Source: Lepidodermella squamata (lineage: Eukaryota; Animalia; Gastrotricha). Taken from it: a stretch of 64,000 nt of DNA. The DNA lies in the NCBI GenBank assembly GCA_047495785.1, contig JBLDXI010000023.1, positions 1,178,001-1,242,000 of the forward strand, written 5' to 3'. The notes under the pieces were generated by a model. It did not search any database, was not told the DNA's origin, and worked only from the letters and a program-made list of their open reading frames with translations. The position numbers were made by a program, and so were the translations under genes. This document shows, piece by piece, positions 11,547 through 23,806 of the stretch. Position 1 is the stretch's first letter, and every line of letters starts with the position of its first letter.

Positions 11547-13360
11547 TCAAGTCGTTTTGGATTTCTTCACCCCTTTGCCACGTAGATATTCCAACATTTC
11601 GTCACTCTTTTCAGTTACGATGGCAAACTGTAACACCGATTCGCCATCCGAGTTGACCACGTTCAAATCAGCGCCAGCCTCCTCAACCAGATACTTCATA
11701 ACGTCCATATCATCGACGGCGAAGAACAAGGCGCTTTCTCGGTTTTCGACATTCCCATTTACATCAGCTCCCTTAAGAACCAAGTATTTGACGAAATTGA
11801 GAAAACCATGCTCGGCTGCAACCGCGATAGGTCGTCTGTTATACATGTCCGATCGGTCAATGGCAGCTCCCTTTTCAAGCAGAACCTTGGCAATGTCCAA
11901 ATGGTTGTAAAATGCCGCATTCATCAGAGCTGTCCCGCCACTTTGATCACATGTATTGACATCGGCTCCTTGTTTAATCAAGTAATCCACAACCATGGCA
12001 TTGCCGTTTCCAACAGCGTAGTATAACGCTGATTTTTTCGATTCATCTTTTTCGGATATATCAGCGCCACGTTGTAGCAATAATTGTACGATGTTTACTA
12101 GTCCAGCCTGAGCAGCAACCATCAAAGGGGTTTTCCCTCCCACCTCCTCGCGAGCTTCGATCGATGCTCCTCTGTCCAGGAGGAATTTAGTGATCTCTTC
12201 GCGATCCGCTGGCTTTTTATTGCATTGAACTGCTCTATGAAGCAGAGTGCCATTTTTGACCCTAGCAATCGCGGAAACAATGAAATACTGACCCCTTTAC
12301 CTTCCAAGAGGCTTCATAACGCCCAAGGGACAACAAATACGAATCATTGCGGGCATTTAATATTGAAATCGCGACCGAGGTTCGCAAAAATGCACAGCTG
12401 AGCTACTTGAATCACTGGAATGTCATATGCAGTAAAGCCAATATTTCAATTTCTTAATGTGAAGAAAAATTTTAAAATTCCAATTCAATTTTTGGATGGT
12501 TTTATTTAAATCTGAACCAATTTTGGGGAGAATAAGAGGAGCTTGAAAGCTTGAAAAATCAGAATATCTTTTAGCTGAACCGAATTTTATAATTTTCTAG
12601 CAAGCCGCAAGCCTGAAATCACTTTTCGAATTTTTCATGGGTGTCAAGATTAATGAAAATAATTCTTGAAAAATCACCATTAAATTCAGCATAACATTCC
12701 CCTATGTCAGAGCTGATAATTCAGAAGTCTTGCTCCGCGTCAAACTCGTAGAATAATTAAAAAATTAACTCTTGGTACATTCCGCAAAATGCAAATTTGT
12801 TTCCGGTAAAGTGAGGAAAAAGTCTCAACAACTTGGCGCCAGCACATGGGCAAGTCAATGATGCGCCCGCATTTCTTTCGGGGCCTCAATTCGGGGTAAA
12901 TATTTCATCAAAATTACGGTACTCTTCCTTGACCATAGTCGCAAGACTCCCATACTATTGGGCCAATTTTCCGCCAATTGGGATCGAATTTGCCGCCTGT
13001 TGCCTCATCGATCCTTGCTATTATTGATTTGGCAGCAGAAGCATTCAAGTCCTTGGAAAGGGTGTCGAAAAGGGACAAGTACAGAGATTCAACGTCGCCA
13101 TTTCGCTTATCCTATTCAATGTCAAAAATGTTTATAGTGTGTGAAAGGATGGCGGCCCATAGAATGAAAAATTAAACCGGACTAATAAAGCGCTTACCTG
13201 GGCCTTCTTTTCCTGGCTTCTATCCTGCAAAAGAGTTTTGTTTATAAAACGCAACCTGGAACATGATTGACGAAGCCATTGATACCTTCGTAAAGCATGC
13301 GATAGTCGAACCAGAAATGGCGAGAAAGACTACCAAAATATACATCGCATGATTTCCCAT
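11547..13360 (-). CDS. Ankyrin-repeat protein with N-terminal signal peptide/anchor; 4 exons (13360-13286, 13224-13198, 13111-12918, 12261-11547)
   Basis: About 7 ankyrin repeats (GTLLHRAV, GKTPLMVAA, KSALYYAV, GTALMNAA, RPIAVAA, SALFFAV, GESVLQFA). Upstream exons join with matching phases 0, 0 and 2. Exon 1 encodes MGNHAMYILVVFLAISGSTIACFTK. Confidence 0.75.
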
Positions 13361-13732
13361 TTATCAGTAGCCTGGATCTGCTATACTCTAGGACAAAGGT
13401 TTGGTTTTTGTTGCGTTTTCTGATTACTGCTGCGTAGTTGGAGCAGTTGAAAATTATAATTCCCTAATTTAAATAGATTGAAAACGTTTTTGCACCTACG
13501 GCGGAATGCGCGGTAAGAGTATGTTACCATACAAGCTCTCGGCGATAGCCGCTCGTGCTGAATTTTATCTGACAGGCTCCAGCCGAGTCCCAAAAAGACG
13601 AGGCGTAGCCGAGTCAGGGCATGAGAGCGGGGATGCATAGCAATTCGTATACAGTGCTCCCTCGATAAAGGCACTGGGTCGGGCGCCAGACCCGGTCTTT
13701 AAACAAGGGAAAGCTATAACGAGGGCTGCAAT

Positions 13733-16700
13733 CAGGGCAGGAAAAAGTGTCCGATCGTGCGATCTATGATCGTGGGCAGTTTACAGGGCTGAAACCCCCT
13801 TTTCGTGGGCAGCTCGGCTTTTTGCTCATTATTTAAAAAGTCATTGCGTAACTATGAACTTCAATTTATTTGGAGGAAGAAAATCGAAATGTAAAAGATT
13901 AAAATTCGATGCGCCCTTTGGCGCTGGCGATGCGATCGACAACCTTCCCTGTTGCAAACTTGACCGCCCGATCGCTGCGCCGCTTGAAATTCCACTCCCT
14001 TCCCTTAAAGTAATTATTTAACGCGGTAATCAAAAATTTTGAAGAATTCGGGTTGGCAGGATTTGGTCCATTCCAGTGGATGAAGGTCTCTTTTGACACG
14101 ACCGCATCGTCCGCCGGGCGATCGTGGCTAGCATGACGGTCCAAGACGGACCCCATCGACTCCACCACGGACTCGCAGTGGCTCTTGAGGGCACATTTTA
14201 AATAAAAAGACATGAAGTCTTGGAGCCCTTCATGCAATGAAGCGGTATTCATAAATTGATACAACACCTCGCAGTGTTTTTGCCCATTTAAGGGAAGCGA
14301 TTTAACCCGCTTGCTCCAAATGCGGTATTGACTGATTATCGAATCTCGATTGAGCAGCTGCCCACCTTCCTCGGCCTCGTCGATGATTTCAGAGAGGACG
14401 GATATCTGCTCTGGAGCCCCAGCCTTTATCAGTTCCACATTAAACACCAATGCAGCCTTGCTGCTCAGATTCTGCTGAGGCGGAAAACGTTCCACAAGTC
14501 GCTGCGTTATAGTCGTGCATAGACGCTTTCCTTGCTCGAGACATGATTTGGCAGTAGACAATAGGTCAGTAGGTCCGATTTAGCCGATCGAGTGACGACA
14601 ATCTGCCCACCACATTGGTCCAATTTGCGAGTTTTATACTTGCCCCCTAATAATAAGGAAGATTAGATCCTCCCAAAACTGCCCAATTTCACACTTACCA
14701 TTTTCTTGCAACTCCTTGTACGCGGAGTGGAACGATGGAAATTGATCAGCGCAATCTTCAATATCTACTGCCGACATTTGGCGGAATTTCGATCTGGCGA
14801 GTTTTATTATCGTGTCAATTTCCCAATTCATCAAGTCGAAAGTTTGAACTTGTTTCGAGGTTTTACCAAGGAGATCGTAAACATCAATTGCCAAATTGAG
14901 CTGCAAAACGAGTTTCGCTTGGCCGATTTTCGCAGCTAGTGGGTCGCTCTTCTCGACAAGTTTCGCATGCATCGTTGTGAAATTTTTGCGGAAATTGCGG
15001 AAAACCCCATCAGCGTAGGCTGCGAATCGGGTATCTAGTTATAATGACACAGGTAAAATACGTTTTTTGCGATTATCTCGATCAATTATCGATGATCAGC
15101 AGAAATCGATAATCGATAATCGATCAGTGGTGATAGATAGAGGAAATTGAGTGACACCAGCTTGTTCAGCGTGAAATTTCACCCTAGATGACAAATTTTC
15201 ATGTTTCTATCATTCATAATAAGGCAGATATCGCACAATCAGTTTTACTTCCGGTGGGGTATGTTTAGGCGGCTTTAGGCAATTGATGTAGAATTTTTCA
15301 AAAAACCGGCAAAACCGCTTCCTTTGAACTCGAAATCCCCCTTAGAAACCCCGGAGGGGTAAAGTTCGTACGGCGGATTTGATTCCGTTTTCAGAATTTC
15401 AATAGCCCCCGTACTTCCGGAGATAGTTGATTTTTTAAAATTGTTTTATTACTTTATTGCACCGTAATTATTTTTTCCTTCAAAAGCGTTATATACCCGT
15501 GTAATACATCAAACTAAGCAGTTTTTTGCGTAGAATCGCGTGGTGCAATTCAAATTTGCATGGGATTAATGGCTTGCAAGTTATTGATGATTCAATTATT
15601 GACTAACCTGAAAATAGACCGACGCTCCCAAGCGAGGTTTCGGCAACAGAAGCCGCTTGTTCCAGCTCGTGAAACTTCTTTCCCCTGCCGAAATGCTTGA
15701 AAACTTCGGTGATCAAGTCAATCAGAGTTTTCAACCACTCGTTTTCAGAGCGGGCATCTTTCATCGCAAGCTCGATCAAGTGGGCAGGATCCCAGATAGC
15801 AGTGAGCCAGAGATCGCCTAGTAATTCTCGAAATCGGTCTGCTACACCAAGGTTAATGTACTGACCATCGCAGGCTAATCCAACCAATCTTTGTCGCAGC
15901 ATAGTTGTTGAATAATTCAAATTTGTTTGTAATACCGAAATCATGCTCTTGGTTAGCCCCAGACCTGCAAATATAAGTTGTTAGTTTTTAGATCCACGTG
16001 ACTAATTTCCTTACCAGAGTGGTCCTGAACTACGGTGTTTTCGACGAAGATGGGCTGGATTCGACCTTGGAGAAATGCGGCGAGCCCAAGGATCTGCCCA
16101 GTCCGGCGTTTGGCAGTCATTTTATCCGTTAGCACAGCAACAGGTGTGGGCTCTCCAGTAGCAGGAAGGGCGTCGTGTAAAAGGAAAACCAGCTTATCCA
16201 ATAATGTAGTAAAGAGGCATTTTGTAAATGAAGCTGCGAATTTCCGGCCGTGATTGACCTCGCCAACCTCAATATCGGAAACTGCAAGTGCTGCTACTTG
16301 CCGCTCGAATTTAGAATAGGAAATCGCTTCACGAGCATTGTTGAACACAATACGCGCTAGTAGTAGCGCTAGAATATTGTTATTAGATTGATTACGCTTA
16401 CAGCTTACATTAGCTATTAGAACTCACCAATTCTCTTCACAGATCTGTTGTTTGCAGCGACTTTTTCTTCAATTTTTTCAGCGTTTTCTTCAGCTACCAA
16501 ATGTTTCTCGCACTCCAAATGTTCCGCCATGTTTCGCTATAAATCGGATTTTTAAAATGCTGGCTAAGAGAGAAATATCAAGTTAAAGGCTTACTTTCAA
16601 ATTGCGAAATTCGATTGGCTGAGTGGTTTTCGCAAATTCTGATCCAAGTTCAAATTTGAACCGGAATCGTCCAGTTTTGCCTTTCTCTGTTCCATTCTTC

Positions 16701-17803
16701 GTACACGACTCGCAACGGACCAGTACATCGCCAAACTCTTCGACTATTGAAAAACAAGGCGAAAGAGTGAGAATTCGAGAAATTCCTTTTGCTGATATGA
16801 TAAGTGTTCGGAGCGCCTGCCGTTCAGCCTCTTCAGTCACATCGACACTTGGTAGAGGTACCACTCTGGCTCCGGTTGACGATTGTTTAGTGGCACTTTG
16901 TCCGGAAGAAACACTAACATTTCGAAGGCTTTGTTGGAGAACGCGAATCTCCTGCAACAACTCATTGGCCTTTGAATTGGTTATCGTATCTTCATTCGCT
17001 GAATTACGACTAAGATTGGATTGCCGATCAGTCGGTTCGACACTCGGGCTTCGAGATACCGCCGAATGTGGTCCGGCCATCGACATGCGACTAGATGGAA
17101 GCATAACATCACAGTTGAAAACGTCGTCGTCATCAGCTGCAGTTGCTACATCAACAGGGTTTTCGTTGGTGGAAACCGACGATCCAGTGTCACTCACGGA
17201 TGCCAAAGACGGTAGCGTAGAAGACGTGGTCACAGAATTAGTTGTTAGAGCTGAACTTGAACTAGCCGACGCTAAAGAAGGCAGCGTAGATGAAGTGGCC
17301 ATGAGCTGAGCTGAGCTTGTACTACTTGCTTGTAATTTTTGAGCAGAGCTTGCACTACTAGCGAACGATAGCTTGGTTTGCTTGGCCTGCTCTTTCTGCC
17401 ATTCTTCCGGATGAACTGCCTGACGATGGCGATCAATGTGCTTCCGCATCATCGGTTTGCCACAGTCTTTACAAGGAACTTTTTCCTGGTTTGGCGCAAC
17501 TCGATTCATTTTATTAGCAACAAGTAAATCAAAATGCTGGTGAACTATATAAATAAATATTAAAATAAATTAATTTCCTCGACAAATTTTCTATAACAAA
17601 ATTAAATTAAATCAAAACAGCAACACTTTTCAACAAAAGCAAATTTTAGCTGGCACCCTCGTAATAGTCTAAATAAAATACCTTGTATTTATGCCAACGA
17701 GAAACAAGTGACTCATGTCACTCTTTAAACAAATAACAGCATATGGTGTTTGGTGGGCAGATTTTGCGCGATCGTGGGTCAGAAAACATGTTTTCCTACC
17801 CTG
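13733..17803 (-). mobile_element. hAT-superfamily DNA transposon, full length
   Basis: TIRs CAGGGCAGGAAAA (13733) / TTTTCCTACCCTG (17803). Perfect 8-bp TSD GCTGCAAT (13725-13732 and 17804-17811). Subterminal (G/T)TGGGCAG and GATCGTGG repeats. Confidence 0.93.
13899..17509 (-). CDS. hAT (ZNF862-like) transposase, 6 exons (17509-16595, 16536-16428, 16368-16015, 15964-15608, 15034-14699, 14646-13899); probable 1-nt frameshift near 14575
   Basis: N-terminal C2H2 finger (CKDC...HRQAVH), TDK and ACDGQY catalytic Asp regions, WDPAHLIELA (CxxH-like), DTRF (TRW-like) and C-terminal CESVVESMGS. The last exon is 1 nt short of in-frame unless a weak downstream AAG acceptor is used. Confidence 0.8.
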
Positions 17804-19781
17804 GCTGCAATTGAATGCAGAAGCTAAAAATAGACCGTTTCTACGTCTTAAGACAGTTGCCATGCCAGCGCGCAGAAAGAGACTGACACGGATTACGTGT
17901 CATTACAAATTTCGCTCGCTAAAGGCTGTTAAACAATAACACTATGAATCATAAGTTCTTCGCCAAGTTTTTATTCTTATTTGCCAGGGCGGCTTTGATT
18001 TGACTGGTTGGCCTTGTTTTTTTACTCTGATTTTAAGTCCTGCCTGGGGTTAACGAACTCAGAATAAAAAAAACCTGGAATCTCATCATTTCAATTTACT
18101 TCAAAAATCCCAGCTCGTCCGATTTCGCAATCAAATTTCATTTAAAATCACAGCTTAAAAAATCAATTACCTTGGTCAAGATTGACCAGAATACTTCTGA
18201 ATAAATCGCCAGCAAATTCGGCCAGACATTCTCAAGATAATGCTGTGTTCAATTCATAACTCATGCTTAGCCTAAAATAAATCGTATAACAAGGATGTGA
18301 TTCTTCATGATTACGCAACACAGCCGGGAACAAAATTGGAAAAACTGAAGTTTTAGTTTCCTTAAAAAAACACGATTTATATCCTAATTTGATCATGCTA
18401 ATAATGCTGGTAAATTTCAAGAGATTTTCTGGCCGGGAAAAAGCTAAAAATTGAAAAATCAGGAAAAATATTGCAATTCAGATGAGTCTTTTAGTTGATC
18501 AGCAATTGGCCTGAGGGAAAATCTGCAGATTAAGGAGAGCTAAGATTGACGGGCATTTTTATAGTTATTGAAATGAATTGCTGATTTTTTCTGATAAATT
18601 GGCGTAATTTCTGATAGAAAAGTTTAACAAAAAACAAGACACTCGCAGCACGACTTGAGTGGCAGCTAATCCTCACACTGTACAACACCAGATGTCAGAT
18701 GTTGATCGCTTGACGATTTAAAATTTGTGCTGAGAATCAGGTGGAGGTGCAATAATATTTACCAACGATTAAGGCCAAAAAATTATGTTTGTTGGGTAAC
18801 ATCGGGTTGAAAAACAACACCTGATGCTGCTCGCGAATTTCGTAGCTGATTTGTTTCTTCATTTCATTATGCAAAACTTGTTGGTCGATTTAACATCAAT
18901 TTCCAGGACTAAAAGGTTAGAAAAAGGCACTCACAAAGGTACTCGTGTTCCCAGTAAAACAGAAGTAGGCAAAAAGCTGCGCTTAGAGAGTTCCAAGAAA
19001 ATTAAAAATTATCGTCAATTTGAAAATTCACAGCGACCAAGATTTCAGTGACTCCAAAATTACATATGAATACTAACAAGTTGTTAACCTCGGCTGTTTC
19101 GAAATGTTCTTAAGCTGAGCCTCGGAAAATGGCTCGGTTTCACCTGGCCAAATTCACTAGGCCTTGCGGCCCAAGTTGGTGCAGCATCATTTTTTCTAAT
19201 TAATTCCCGCTAAATTTGATGTGATTTTCAGCTGCCAGCTGAACAGGTGGCCATAGCAATACGGAGTGCTTCGAACTTCACTATTCACGCTAGGTATGCG
19301 ATCATCGCGAATGAATTATTTCCTTTGCAGAATCACAGATCTCTTCTAGTGATGTTTGGTCTAAATGCGGCCTAGAGCCTAGATGATGCGCTCGACACTC
19401 GATAGCTGTTTCCTCGACACCTTGACATCTCATTTTGGTTTCTTGATGGAAAGCAATTTGTTGATGTATTTGTCAAAATGATGAGTGATTTCCATTTAGA
19501 AAAGGGTAATTTTATTTTCGTTCCAAACAATAAAGCCGTAGTTAGAGATATAGCGAAATTGAGTTTGCGAAAGGCTCTTGAAAGCTATCAATTAAATAAA
19601 ACATTCCCAATACGCAAATCTGAATTTTTCTGGATGCGAATATATTGATTTGCAAAGAACTCAAACTAATAGCCGAGGGAAGCAAACTTCCGTTCCAACT
19701 TGGAATGATTTGCCCCATCTAGGCAAACAAGCCGTTCTTGCCTCGCGCATTCAAACCACTCAGTCAGCTAATTCGGCAACG

Positions 19782-20897
19782 ATGATATCATTAACATTAT
19801 TACTCACTTTGCCACTAATCTCAGCGTTGAGCAACGATGATGACATCCGCGCTCAAATTCTTAAAGAATGCAACGTCTTACCAGGGGTCACCCACCCGGA
19901 TGAGTACCGAGTTGGCGACTCGAGAAGCAGCATGGAAATAATGTTCGGCTTCTGGCGCCTAATTGGTGTCGATGACATCGAAGAAACTGTTGCGATCAAT
20001 GGATTGCTGCTTTTGAGCTTCGAAATCGACTGCATTCGAGATGCGGCGGTTCGCTACAACGCGACTCGTAAGATCCCGTCTTACTGGTGTATGACCAATG
20101 TTAACGACTACTGGCGACCTGGAGTGGTCAATGACAACAGCTTTGAGGATTACGGCCTTTCGACCCATGTTTACCCAGCTACCTCAGTTTTTCCATTCAA
20201 AGGTCTGGTTAAGATCTCACTTTCCGGAAAGTTCACTGTTACATGCGATTTCAACTTGGAAAAGTTTCCATTCGACGAGCAGTTATGCTATATCCAAACC
20301 AGCATTTGGTTGTCGAACTCAACAATCTTCGTCAAGGGTTACCACAGCGCTGTTTTGGGTGAATCATCTGATAACGTTGGCTGGATTATGGGAGAGCGGT
20401 TCGAAGAGTTGTACATCCTGCCGTTCACTGAGGACGCCTACTACCACACGTTCAAATTTTACTTCAGATTACGCCGACAGCCTAATTATTACATCCTTAA
20501 CCTCATTGCCCCTGGTTTGGTTTTGACTATCGTTCAATTCGCGACAGCTTTCATCCAGAGTGACGCCCCAGACCGACCGAGCTTCTCTGTTACGGTTTTG
20601 CTAGCCTTCACTGTGTCTCAAAGTCAGGTACTGGCGAATGTGCCCAAAACGCCGTCGAACATTCTACTCTCAGATCTGGTGTTCGGTCAAATTTTAGCGT
20701 CCATGATCATCACCTGCTATACAGCGGTTATTTGCGCTGTTTGCATGGCAATGACGGATAATTGCATGAACAAATACGTTTGCATCGGAAAATGGAACAT
20801 TCGCCGGTGCCGCATTGTTGACGTTGGGTTTTTTTCCATTATGGCTTTTCTAGTGTTTGCATTCAATCTGACTCTTTTAGCAAAAATTATCAGTTGA
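19782..20897 (+). CDS. Divergent intronless Cys-loop ligand-gated ion channel subunit, copy B (recent paralog of 9646-10761)
   Basis: Same architecture and highly similar sequence (CDFNLEKFPFDEQLC, PDRPSFSVTVLLAFTV). The 5' flank is also homologous (about 19666-19781 vs 9530-9645). Confidence 0.92.
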   Translation: MISLTLLLTLPLISALSNDDDIRAQILKECNVLPGVTHPDEYRVGDSRSSMEIMFGFWRLIGVDDIEETVAINGLLLLSFEIDCIRDAAVRYNATRKIPSYWCMTNVNDYWRPGVVNDNSFEDYGLSTHVYPATSVFPFKGLVKISLSGKFTVTCDFNLEKFPFDEQLCYIQTSIWLSNSTIFVKGYHSAVLGESSDNVGWIMGERFEELYILPFTEDAYYHTFKFYFRLRRQPNYYILNLIAPGLVLTIVQFATAFIQSDAPDRPSFSVTVLLAFTVSQSQVLANVPKTPSNILLSDLVFGQILASMIITCYTAVICAVCMAMTDNCMNKYVCIGKWNIRRCRIVDVGFFSIMAFLVFAFNLTLLAKIIS

Positions 20898-22929
20898 TCG
20901 ATTCATGCTGGCTGGAGCGTTGTTCTAGTTTTCCACAACCACCCAGTTTTTCCCTGGTAACAGCGGTCTGGTCGAGGTACCTGGTTTCATTCATCAATCA
21001 TAGCTGCATTTCATAAATTCTCAGTGAAGGGATGGCAAAGATCCTTTCATTGCATTTTTCGAAGCCCATTACATAACAGAATTCATACATAACAGTGAAG
21101 TCTGAAGTCTACACGCCAATAAAAAACCTGATCATCCTAATTACGATTTTTTCCATAATTGATAAGTCAACTCTATCGAAAATTTCAGCTTTATCCGAAC
21201 TAAACATAAAAACTGAAAAACCTTTATTTGAGTCCTGGTACAATACAAAGTCCAACCATTATAACAAAAATAATTACCAATAAGAGAACAATCTGACCAG
21301 GCTCGAGTGTACAATATGAAGCTACGCTCGTCAACGACGGTGCGTAAGAGAGACAGTAAATGGGGAGACAAGGGGTTTATCAGGGACAGGGTAGCTATCC
21401 TAGGCAGGAGGTTAAAACGCAGACAATATGGCAAGTCGAGGGGGGGGGGGGCACGCGGGAGACAAAGGAAACCGGAAAAAGTAGGACTGAGCATAGATAG
21501 CGACGGAAACAGCTAAGATACAAGCGGCACCGGAGAAGTGTGAGGCATGGGAGATGCAAGAGAGACATGGAGAGAGATTTTAGAAAAAAAATAGAAAAAA
21601 GTGTTCGAGAGCCTAACCTAAAAAGTCGGGACCACGAGGAAGTCTGTTGCTCAACAGCACGAAGGGCGAGCGCGGAGGGGGGCGGGCCATCAGGCAGACG
21701 CTCTCGAGGTCCTCGCGCAGCGGCAGGACAAACTGAACAGCGTTTACAACATAACGGCGCTGTTCCAGTGTGTTCCAGAAACCGATGGACACTCTGGATA
21801 CGGCAACGAGATTCCAACTCCGACACGCGGACCCTGTCGTCCCGACGAATGTGGAGCATTGCACGCAGACTATCATTTTGGATGACTGCGAGACGATTAA
21901 GCTGTTGCTTCGAGGCGGTAGCCAGGCAGATGGTCCCATAAGACCAGCACGAACGGACCAGATTTATCGTGAGGGCGAGAAATTTCTCTGCGTCTACCGC
22001 CTGGGGACGTAAAACAAAAGAATCGTGACTTAAAAATGGGTCAGTATTTTGTGATTCTCCGTGTTTCTCAGCGGCCTTTTACTCGGCTCCATCGCGATGT
22101 ACCGAATTTTCGGCGGGGACGATGCGCCAGCAATAGATTGTGCGAATCCACCACCCGACCCTGCAACTATTGATGGCGAAGCTGTAACAGCTATCAATTG
22201 CGTTGAGGTGGGTGATAAAAGCCGGAAGGGTGACTACTTCATTCTGGTAATGTCTGGGTTAGCAGTGCTTGGTAGCCTGTTTACGACCACTTTAGAGGCG
22301 GCAACAAAATGCTGACATTGCGTCGAAATATCGAAGCAGCATTCAGGCAGAAAAATGCTTTGTGATAGAATTCATCGGTTCATAATAAGCCATTAAAAAT
22401 TTGGAATAAATCGAAGTCTACAAGAACTTTGTTTCATGTTCAACAACGACGATGCTGCTTCGGACCAGATCTTTCCAGTATATAATTATTCCGGAATTTC
22501 GGAACTGAAAATATACATGAAATTGTGATTTTTCCGGATTACTGGCTAGGGAGCATACAACAATAACCGCAGCGCATGTATCGCCGGGAATCACTTAATA
22601 CAACTCTCATAAATTTGAATCGGGGCTCATTTTTAATCCTCTAAAGCATGGTTTTGACCAGGCTACGGCATGGGCAAGTGACCTCTTCTGAATTTCCTGT
22701 CGATGTTTCGGCTTTATTGGGTCACCTTGAGGTTCTAACAAAAAACTTCGAAAATTGAATTAATGTGCGTGTGCAATCATCTAACTAATTATTACCAACT
22801 AGCCATGAAAAAAGAAACCACGTGTGATCAATCATAATAAGGGTAGGTAGCTGCATAATTATGAGCTAGAAATGTGTAGCTTATATCTCATAAACATACT
22901 ACATAGGCATTTGGCATCTTAAAGGCAAA

Positions 22930-23313
22930 AAGGTCCGGTTAAGACTTAGGACATATATAAGGGAAAATAACTTAATTTCAGGATTTTTCACATTTTACGA
23001 AGTTCAAAGTCATATTAGTCATACCTTTCTATATAGGTATAGTTGAACGTTGAACCACATAGACCCTAGATGCTGGATACGGGATGATTGGCCGATTGAA
23101 AATTTCCGAATTTTTCCAGGCATGTGCCCGCATTTCCCATAAATCCTCTGCGTAGGTATTAGACATTTTTTATGCTTAAACCGGACTCAGAGAGTCCTGT
23201 TTAGACAGTACAATTATAATGTTAAGTCCACACTTTTGGATCGAGCCCCCCGGAAACGTCCGGTTTAGAAAAAGTCCGGTTTAGACCGGTCCGGTTAAGA
23301 CAACTTTCACTTA
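22930..23313. repeat. Tigger/pogo-like MITE remnant with repeated GTCCGGTTWAGA motifs
   Basis: Several CCGGTT(A/T)AGA units ending GACAACTTTCACTTATA, which resembles a TA-flanked right TIR. Left TIR not identified. Confidence 0.35.
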
Positions 23314-23806
23314 TATTGCTAATTATATTGACTAATTAGGCCTATTGAAGGGTTGATAGTCCTAACCTGGTTCGGGGGGAAACTAATAGCAGCGATTAGA
23401 CTAAATAATGAAAAAGGCAGTCAGTTATGCGAGGCTCTCTCGGGTATTTTATTATAATTCTTCAAGGCTTATATAGCCAAGAAGACGCCAAATTAGATAA
23501 GTTATAATGATATACGGCACGTGATATTTCTGTCACAAGCGCTAGCTAATATTGAGAATGAACTAATGATAATAATCGGGACAGGGAACATAGCGATCCT
23601 CTCACCTATGCATATCGAAAGGGACATGTGGCTGAAATAGATTCAAACCTATCAGATTTCATTTTATATTTTTTTACTGATTACTGATAGAGTGGCGTGT
23701 GATGTGGTAACATTATATGGCTAATAAACGGAACTAGTCATCCTCATCGCTATACCCCCTCACCGTTATAGCTCATTGGGCGATTTTTCCTTTGCTTTTC
23801 CACATA

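Larger units (their letters stand above)
13517..19180. mobile_element. Hairpin-rich dispersed repeat (Crypton-like non-autonomous family), split by a 5-kb nested insertion at 13652-18680
   Basis: 13517-13651 plus 18681-~19180 are collinear with the reverse complement of 63262-63915. The junction GTATACAACACC is interrupted by TA|CAGTG...CACTG|TA. Confidence 0.7.

Noticed and set aside
16623-17309. 228-aa plus-strand ORF, and similar antisense ORFs over the Rho, GPCR and LINE genes
   Set aside because: Shadows of real coding regions on the opposite strand, with no independent motifs.
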